This document shows, in pieces, positions 28,196 to 35,802 of a stretch of 64,000 nucleotides of DNA; position 1 is the stretch's first letter, and the number at the start of each line of letters is the position of its first letter. The stretch is taken from NCBI GenBank assembly GCA_023150835.1, contig JAKLKB010000017.1, forward strand, positions 62,001 to 126,000, read 5' to 3'. The translations under genes and the position numbers were made by a program. This DNA comes from Myxococcota bacterium (GTDB lineage Bacteria; Myxococcota_C; UBA6777). The notes below the pieces were generated by a model, which saw only the letters and a list, made by a program, of their open reading frames with translations, was not told the origin of the DNA and searched no databases.

Positions 28196-31100
28196 ATGCG
28201 GACGCAACGATTCTATTGTGGGCGTTGGTTGGCTTGTTTGTCGATCTGTGTTGGCTGGCTGGTGGCTTCGTGTCAATCGTTGCCGCCTTGTTCAAACCAG
28301 ATCGGTGTCAGCACCTTGGACACCAACGGGCGCGGATGTGGCGGTGATTGCGATTGCAACAACCAGAGATTTGTGGGCCGATGCGTTCAAGAGGTCTGCC
28401 AATCGGTGTCGCGTGAGCCGTGTTTTCGGGCAGGGCAAAAGCGTTATTGCGAACTCAGCAAAGACACCCAACTCCTCGACAAACGCTGCGGATGGGGCGT
28501 GCAGATCTGCCAAGACGAGGGCTTGTATGCCTTGTTTTGGGGCGACTGCAAACCCCAAAGCCCCGCTGACAAGGAGATCTCCAAAGACCTGTGTGTCGAT
28601 GGTATCGACAACGATTGTAATGGGCGTGTAGACTTTTACGCCGATCCTTCCTGCAAAACCTACTGTCTCGTCGGTCGTTCCGAGCCTTGCTACGACTGGA
28701 AAGATGCCACCCCTGACAAGCCGTTTCCCGGCTATGCCGTGTGTCGCCTTGGGACGCGGCTTTGCAAAGAGGACAACACATGGGGGCCTTGTCTTGGGGC
28801 GCTCTATCCAGAAGCCGAGACCTGCGATGGCAAAGACAACGACTGCAACGGCCAGATCGACGAAGGCGTCCCCAACTGCAAAGCTCCAGAAGTCTGCAAA
28901 AAAGGCCAAACACAACCTTGTTACAATCATGTCCAAGGCTGCGTGGCCGATGGCAAGGGCGGATTCACCTGCCAAGGAAGCTGCAAAACGGGCTTGCGCA
29001 CCTGCAAAGACGACAACACGTGGGGAGAATGTATCGGGCAGATCGGGCCTTCGTTTGAAGATTGCAACCAAGTGGACGACAACTGCGACGGGACGGTGGA
29101 TGAAGGGTGCATCTGTTCGCCGAATGCCACGCAGCCTTGTTATGCAGGAGAGGCCAGTACGCGGGGAAAAGGCCGTTGTGTGGATGGATTGCAAAAGTGT
29201 CAGCGTGGATTTTGGGGAGCGTGCGAAAGCAGCAACCTGCCGCGCCAAGAAGAGTGCAACGGCGAAGACGACGATTGCAACGGGGTGATCGATGATCCCG
29301 AAAAGCTGGTGGCTCCGCCTTGTGAAAAGCGCCTTGGGGTGTGTTTTGGTGCGGTCAAGCGCTGCGGTGGTGCGCAAGGTTGGTTGTCCTGTACGACCGA
29401 GGATTACCGGCGAGTCGATCTTTCCTATCTTGCAGAAGATGTCGAAGGGAAGGGGCATTGCGACGGAAAGGACAACGATTGCGATGGCCAGATCGACGAA
29501 GGTTGTTCGGGACGCTGCGTCACGGGGAGTGTGAAAGCCTGTTATAGCGGCCCGCAAGGAACCCAAGGCCAAGGCATCTGCCGTGAAGGACTTCAGATCC
29601 GTCAACAAGGCGTATGGGGGGACTGCTTGCTCCAAGTCCTCCCTACCACCGAGATCTGTAACAACAACCTCGACGACGATTGCAACGGCAAGATCGACGA
29701 TTGTAAGGCCGAAGCGACCCCCGAACTGCTTGCAGAGGGCGGCCCGAATGAACCTTTGGTGGAAGCCTTGCCCGAAACACCTTGCCAAGATGGAGAAAAG
29801 CGGCCTTGCTCGCTGGGAGGCGTCGGTGTCTGTGGGGACGGTCAGGCGACTTGTTCTGTAGGTACTTGGGGTGTATGTCTTCCGATCGATCCGCAACTGG
29901 ATCACGAAAAATGCGATGGCAAGGACAACAACTGCAACGGCTTGATCGACGAAGCCTTTGCGATCCGCCCGCGCCATCCGCTTTGTAAAGATCAACAAGG
30001 AGCGTGTGCGGGGGCCACCTTGCCTTGTACGCCCGATGTCTACGAGCCCAAGTGGTCGCAGATCAAAAGCGGTGATGCGCTTTGCACAGACGCCGACTAC
30101 AAGGCCCATTCCAATCACGTTCGACGGCCCGCCCCCACCAACGGCGAAGAAGACCGCTGCGACAACCTCGACAATGATTGCGACGGCCAAGTCGACGAGG
30201 GCTGCCCTTGGATCAAGGTTCCCAAAAACGGCTCATCCCATTCGCCTCATCTCGTGGTCGGCAAAGACGCGCAAAATAGGGATGTTTTGTATGTGGCTGC
30301 TTCGATCGCTTCTGCGGCTTCAACACCTTTTGAATTGGATGCTTTTTCGTTATCGGGAACCATAGACGTATACCGACCTTTTGCTGCAAAATATGATGCT
30401 TCGGGCAACCTCGTATGGGCTTTTGCTGGAGATTTGAGCGGGAGCGGTACGTTGGACGCAACCATTCGGAGCGTTGCGCTCGATCCCACGCAGCGATGGC
30501 TGTATGTTTTGTTTGATTACGTTGGTTCGGTTCGCATAGGAAATCAGACCTTGTCGGCTTCGGATATCAGCGGGGGGAATGGCTCAGGCGGAGGAGGGCG
30601 TGACGTAGCGCTTCTCAAACTCAACGCCCAAACAGGCGCGTTGGTATGGGCGACGAACCTTGGTGGGCTCGGCGACGATCAAGGGCGTTCCGTCCACGTC
30701 GACGCACAGGGCGATATCTACCTTTCCGTTCTTTTCACCTCGTCCATCTCCTTCCACCCCAACCACTTGCGGATGATCATCGACACGAACCAGACCCTTC
30801 TCCTTCCTACAAGCGGCTTGGGGGGCAGCGCGGTGATCAAGTTGACGGAAGGGACTCGCGATGGGGAACTTCAACCCAAACTGCTTTGGTTGGCGCAGCC
30901 TCTGGTCGAAGGCTGGCCGAGTCCGAATGTTCGGATCTTCGGACAGAGTCTTGCGACAGACTCCAGCAACAACGTCTGGTGGATTGGGTATGCAGAGTAT
31001 TTCTGTGGTTCTTGTCCGACGCACAAAGTTCTGCGTTTTGGAACCTATGCTTTGTCTTTTTCAGCCTATTACCAGCAATCCTGTAACGCCGACCTTTGGC

Positions 31101-31757
31101 TACCACGTGTCCATTTACAACAACAAGGTCACGTTGGCGGCGACATTTGAAGGAGAGACCGAGTTCAAAACAAGCACAGGCCCGCAGAAATGGAAACCGT
31201 GGGGCAAAAAAGACGTGTTGGTCTTGCGTTTAGCGCAGATCCAGACCTCCACGCATCCTGATCTTGGCGATGTGGCAACGCCCACATGGGAATGGGTGAC
31301 GCACCTTGGTTCTTCTGTCGGCGACGATCAGCCTCAAGGTTTCTACAGCGACACCGTAGGAGCCGTCTATGTCGTGGGCCGAAGCGCTCTTGGCAACAAC
31401 AGATTTTTCTTTGGCCCTCAAAGTTCTACCAACCCGCAGCTTCCGACGTTACAACCGATGGGGTTTGGTGTGGATGACGGTTTTATCGCGAAGATCGACT
31501 CGGCAGGAAGCATCGTCTGGGGCGGATTGATCGGCTCGGCGAATGGTGGAGTAAGCGATGCCTTGGTGTCTGTCGCTTCTCGCTCGTCGGGTGATTTCCT
31601 CTACGTCGCGGGCGAAACGTCGCTGGGTCCGATCCAGATCGGCTCTCGCAATGCTCGATCACCCGTTCTCGATTACAGGGATTCGAGCTTGTTTCTGTGG
31701 CAGATCGCGCCGTGTGTGTCCGCTACATCCGCGACTTTGGACTGTTATCTCAAGTAG
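28196..31757 (+). pseudogene. Large Cys-rich lipoprotein (MopE-type CDGxDNDCDGxxDE repeats plus C-terminal beta-propeller), frameshifted near 31060
   Basis: GGAGGG RBS; lipobox LVASC; about 8 DN(D/N)C(N/D)GxxD repeats; SBBP-like repeats (FAAKYDASGNLVWA) continue in the 30861-31757 frame (FIAKIDSAGSIVWG). Confidence 0.8.
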
Positions 31758-31789
31758 AAAAGGTCGCGTGCGTTACGAAAGGTTTCCCA

Positions 31790-33325
31790 ATGAGTGATGC
31801 GTCTGTTGTTGCGGAAGGAACGCTGCTGGCGGAGCGTTATGTGATCAAAAAACGCCTTGGTGGGGGCGGGATGGGAGCCGTGTATCTGGCTCAAGACCAG
31901 ATCAACGATCAGCCCGTTGCTCTCAAGCTGCTTGCCCCTCCCAAAGGGCCGCTGCACTCGCCGCAGATCCTTCAACGGATGCAGCGCGAGATCAAAGTCC
32001 TGATGCTCGCCGAAGATCCCCGCGTGATCGCCTTGTTGGATTGGGGAAAAGACCCGAAACACGGCCTTTTTTATACGATGGAGATGTTGGAAGAGGCCGT
32101 GGATCTCGATACGCACCTCAAGCAACATCGCCCTGCTTTTTGGGAACGTTTGCGCCTTTTTCAAGAATGCCTACTCGGACTTCTCGCGCTCCACGAGATC
32201 AAGGCCATCCACCGTGACATCAAGCCCCAAAATATCCTTTGTGTGGGCGACAAGAACCAACCCGCCATTAAATGGATCGATCCCGGCATCGCCAAGTGGT
32301 TTCCCGACGATCTGCGCACGCAAGTGACGGTCGAAACAGCCCCGGGTGCGCTGCTTGGGACGCCTCTTTATATGGCCCCTGAGATGTGGATGGGCGACTC
32401 CATCGACGCCCGCACCGATATCTATCAGTGCGGTATCATGGGCTTTGAGATGCTTGTGCTTCGCCGTCCCTTTGTTGGGAATTTTCCTCGACTGATGCAC
32501 CAACACTTGCTTACTCCGATGCCGTCACTCCTTGATTTTGTGGACGACTTGCCGCCCGATATCCCCCCTGATGCCCTTCAAATCCTCGACCGCGTTATCC
32601 AAAAAGCCACTCAAAAATCCCCGAATGACCGCTTCCAAGACCTTCGCGCCTTTTGTTATGCCCTTCAACCCGCATGGCCATACGCACTCGCCTCCATCCG
32701 GCCTTCTGCCCCGCCTTTGCCTGTCACAGATGCTCCCCCCCAAGGTCTGCTTCCATCCGGTATCATCTATGACGCCGTTCTCCAACCCGAAGCGTTGGCT
32801 TTTGCCGAAACGAGTGCCGCTTCTTTGCCTCTTCCTTCGAACCTCTTTCGGGCTGAAACACAACATGGTCCCATCCCATCACCCCCCCATCCACACGAAC
32901 CCTCCACAACGCAGTCTCGGTATGCCGCCTTGATGCCTTTGCTGGTTGGTTTTGCGCTGTCGTTGCTCGCCATCCTTGTGTTTTTCACCAAGCGATATGC
33001 CTCGCCAAAACGCCCGTCCGATCAGGCTTTAACCATTCAACCTCCGACACAAAACCAACCGAACCCACAACGCCCCTCTGTTTTTTCACCACCGCATCGG
33101 CTTGTGCCTTCTTCGCTCCGTCCCTCTCTTCGGCCCCCCATCAAGCGAACTACCGACGCCGCTCCACCTCAAACAGCCTCCCCAAAAACGGCCATACCAA
33201 CGGCACCTTCAAAAACTCTTTCTCCACCGCGCTCCCTGATCAAAAAAACCAAACGCCGAAAAAAGGCCGAGCCTTCGATCCTTAATAGTCGCCCTCAATG
33301 GAACGATACCGTACTGCCCCCTTGA
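31790..33325 (+). CDS. Hanks-type Ser/Thr protein kinase with TM helix and Pro-rich tail
   Basis: LGGGGMGAVY, VALK, HRDIKPQN, DPG (for DFG), GTPLYMAPE; TM LLVGFALSLLAILVFF. Confidence 0.93.
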   Translation: MSDASVVAEGTLLAERYVIKKRLGGGGMGAVYLAQDQINDQPVALKLLAPPKGPLHSPQILQRMQREIKVLMLAEDPRVIALLDWGKDPKHGLFYTMEMLEEAVDLDTHLKQHRPAFWERLRLFQECLLGLLALHEIKAIHRDIKPQNILCVGDKNQPAIKWIDPGIAKWFPDDLRTQVTVETAPGALLGTPLYMAPEMWMGDSIDARTDIYQCGIMGFEMLVLRRPFVGNFPRLMHQHLLTPMPSLLDFVDDLPPDIPPDALQILDRVIQKATQKSPNDRFQDLRAFCYALQPAWPYALASIRPSAPPLPVTDAPPQGLLPSGIIYDAVLQPEALAFAETSAASLPLPSNLFRAETQHGPIPSPPHPHEPSTTQSRYAALMPLLVGFALSLLAILVFFTKRYASPKRPSDQALTIQPPTQNQPNPQRPSVFSPPHRLVPSSLRPSLRPPIKRTTDAAPPQTASPKTAIPTAPSKTLSPPRSLIKKTKRRKKAEPSILNSRPQWNDTVLPP

Positions 33326-33386
33326 CCCAGATCACCGCAAATCAAGAACTCTGTCTAGCTTCTTTTTTCTATCGAGGCGAATACTG

Positions 33387-34469
33387 ATGTTTTCTCCGCG
33401 TTTTTCTGTAAGAGTATGTTTCTTTGTTGGCCTGTTTTTTTTCTTGGGTGGGCTGTGGCTCGTCCCAAATGCTCCGTGTTGGGCGAATTCTCCGCTTGCT
33501 CAATGGCTCCAACAAGCCCGCGTTGCGCTTGCACGAGGCGATCTGGAAGCCTTGCGGAGCGTCCTCGAAAAAGCAGAGCTAGAGGCCGCCAAACCTGCAA
33601 AGCGATCGCCGCAACAGACGCGCAACCTTCGGCTCTGGCTCGATCTGCTTTTTGCGCAATACCACCAACTCAAAGGCCCGCCCCCTTCTTTCCGTCGTTT
33701 GCACCTCTACGAAAAAAAAGAGCAAGTCCAAGCCCAAGTCGGCGATCTCGAACGCTCGCTCAAACACACCAAAGCGGCGGCCTTTTTCCTCGAACGCTAC
33801 ACCCGCAGCTTCCGCGAGGTGATGCGCCGAGGCGATGTCAACGACGCGATCACCGTGACGACAACCAATAACCGCGTGCAGATCCTCAAAAACACTGTAC
33901 GCGCCCTACAGAACCAACTCGCTCACATGGATACGGTTCTTCGCTTGTGGGACAAGACATCTGCCGAAGCACGACGAATGCAGTTTCAGATCCTGCTACA
34001 ACAAGGCGACGAACAAGCCCAAACCATCGACAAGATCCGCTCTCGTCAAGCTCGCCTGATGAAAGCCCTTGCTCTTCAATCCGTCGCCCTTTCCAACGCC
34101 CAAGATATCCTCCAACAAAACCAACGCGAAGCTCTTCAAAAACAACGCACCAGTCGCATCCTGCTGTATTCGGGCATTACGGTTGCGAGTATCGGAATCT
34201 TGGCGATCGCGGTCGGAGGCGCGGGACACCTTTATCAAACGTTTGCTCGGCAAAGCAAAGATTGCGGAAACGAGACGATCTGTGGTCGGTGGTTTGATGC
34301 AGTGGCGCTTCCGCTTTACATCAGCGGCGGGATCACCGCAGGGATCGGTGGTGGCCTGATCCTCGCCGCTATCCTGCATCAGCCGCCCCCTTCACAAGCC
34401 TATCAAGGACTTTATCGCTCTCACAAGCACTATCTCGATTGGGAAGAAAAAGAAAACCCCACTCCGTAG
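33387..34469 (+). CDS. Hypothetical exported coiled-coil protein with C-terminal Gly-rich TM hairpin
   Basis: Signal-like N-terminus, helical middle, two Gly-rich hydrophobic helices. Confidence 0.75.
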   Translation: MFSPRFSVRVCFFVGLFFFLGGLWLVPNAPCWANSPLAQWLQQARVALARGDLEALRSVLEKAELEAAKPAKRSPQQTRNLRLWLDLLFAQYHQLKGPPPSFRRLHLYEKKEQVQAQVGDLERSLKHTKAAAFFLERYTRSFREVMRRGDVNDAITVTTTNNRVQILKNTVRALQNQLAHMDTVLRLWDKTSAEARRMQFQILLQQGDEQAQTIDKIRSRQARLMKALALQSVALSNAQDILQQNQREALQKQRTSRILLYSGITVASIGILAIAVGGAGHLYQTFARQSKDCGNETICGRWFDAVALPLYISGGITAGIGGGLILAAILHQPPPSQAYQGLYRSHKHYLDWEEKENPTP

Positions 34470-34596
34470 TCGAGGTGCTTTTTTTCCGCTGGGTGAACAA
34501 ATCTTTTTTCCGCCGAGCGAACAAGTCCGAATCGGGCGACGTCTCTCTGCGCGCCAATCGGGTTTGCGGCGTCCTTCGGCCTCAAATCGGTAAAGG

Positions 34597-34743
34597 ATGT
34601 CCCGCGCATCAACCCGCTGGCGCGTTTCCCGGGTTCGAATCCCGGCTTCTCCCTGTCAAGGAGATGTGGCCGAGTGGTCAAAGGCGAATGTCTGTAAAAC
34701 ATTTAACAATTCAAACCTCTCGGTCATCAAGATACGGGCGCGA
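34597..34743 (+). ncRNA. Circularly permuted tRNA-Tyr(GTA)-like RNA (YrlA/Y RNA-like candidate)
   Basis: T-arm CCGGG-TTCGAAT-CCCGG (34629-45), 3' acceptor CTTCTCC (34646-52), 7 nt loop, 5' acceptor GGAGATG (34660-66), D-arm GCC-GAGTGGTCAAA-GGC, anticodon arm AATGT-CTGTAAA-ACATT (34687-34703); flanks GTCCCGCGCATC / GATACGGGC can pair. Confidence 0.75.
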
Positions 34744-35052
34744 TGTTGTGCTGTTCTTGCTTTGATCTGTTGCTTTCATGCAGTCGTTTCAAAAAAGAAA
34801 AAAGGCGACCGCTCCGCCCATCGCCACAAAGCTTGTGTGTGGATCGCGCTCCTTCGGGGGCGTCGTGCTTTGTCAAGGAAGTCGACACATCGTTGTCTCT
34901 TCTTTGCCAGCCGATCTCACCCGCTTCTCCCGCGACTTTCTTGGTGACCGAGAACTTTCTTCTGAAAAATGAACCCACCCAAAGGACGAGGCGTCTAGGC
35001 GCACCGAGGCTGCAAAAGCCAGCGGCGCATACACGCCTAACCATCGGTTCTA

Positions 35053-35217
35053 TGCGTCCCGCGTATCGGCTGCGACTTCGTTATCCGGGTTCGAGTCCCG
35101 GGAACTCCACCATCGCCGTCTGTGGACGGTTTTGGGGTTCTGGCGGAATGGAAGACGCGCTTGATTTGGGATCAGGTAACACATCAAACTTTTTAACACA
35201 GCCACATACGGCACGCT
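35053..35217 (+). ncRNA. Circularly permuted tRNA-like RNA with TGG anticodon and encoded ACCA (YrlA/Y RNA-like or two-piece tRNA candidate)
   Basis: T-arm CCGGG-TTCGAGT-CCCGG (35085-35101), GAACTCC-ACCA (35102-12), linker hairpin CCGTC-TGTG-GACGG, GGGGTTC (35134-40), D-arm GCG-GAATGGAAGA-CGC, anticodon arm CTTGA-TTTGGGA-TCAGG (35160-76); closing pairs GCGT/ACGC, CGTAT/ATACG, GGCTG/CAGCC. Confidence 0.78.
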
Positions 35218-35549
35218 GTGACGGGTGATCGCGCAGAGGCGACAGCATCGGATTCTTCTCGATGTTTGGTCTTTTGTTGCAGGTTGCTCCGCTCCAGCCG
35301 TCTGTCTCGGGTTTTGTGAGTTGCGAACGCGCATCTTTGCGGTGGGTGATCTGGTTTGGAGAACGTTGTTGTTCAAACGCATCCATCGCGCAAGCGTGTG
35401 AAACTCGTGCTTTTGGGGTTCCCAAAGCACCAGCCGCCCTCCCACCCGAAAGGACGCCGCCCGTATCGTGGCTGTTTGCTTTGGCGGGCTGAGGGCCAAA
35501 GTCTTTTCGAGAAGAAAGTGCTTGTGTTGGTGGGAGGGGCGTGTTATGT

Positions 35550-35700
35550 GGCAGGCGTTGTGCCTAGCGAGCAAGGGAAGACGGTGTAAATCCGTCACGG
35601 ACCCGCCACTGTGAGCGGTCAGGCTTGTGCAAAAGGGCCACTGTCCTTGATGGATGGGAAGGCGCACAAGATAGCGGCTGCAAGTCAGGAGACCTGAGCG
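35550..35700 (+). promoter_or_regulatory. Cobalamin (AdoCbl) riboswitch
   Basis: AGGGAA-GACGGTG-TAAAT-CCGTC, CCCGCCACTGT, GCCACTG...GGGAAGG, B12 box AAGTCAGGAGACCTG; upstream of a TonB receptor. Confidence 0.92.
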
Positions 35701-35802
35701 AGGCATCCTCATTTCATATCCTCGGGATCTGGGATAGTTGAGGGCGATCGTGTTTCATGATCGAACCCTGCGCTATTCCAACTGCAAGCGGCCCTTCGTC
35801 AG

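Noticed and set aside
28292-30190. Long antisense ORFs (also 14590-15912, 18977-20266, 48740-50002, 62885-63958)
   Set aside because: Shadow frames opposite well-supported genes, with no motifs or RBS.
34629-35112. tRNA 3' fragments as integrase att-site scars
   Set aside because: Each 3' half is followed by its own complementary 5' half, the two units share conserved flanks, and there is no integrase or island in the window.
34660-35112. One split or intron-containing tRNA made from the 5' half at 34660 and the 3' half at 35085
   Set aside because: GGAGATG pairs poorly with GAACTCC, whereas each half pairs well with its permuted partner.
35085-35460. Permuted two-piece tmRNA (GGGG...CTCCACCA acceptor with G3.U70)
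   Set aside because: It has a real D-stem and a full anticodon arm, and I see no resume-codon/tag ORF ending in LAA-like residues downstream. Not formally excluded without an Rfam/ARAGORN scan.
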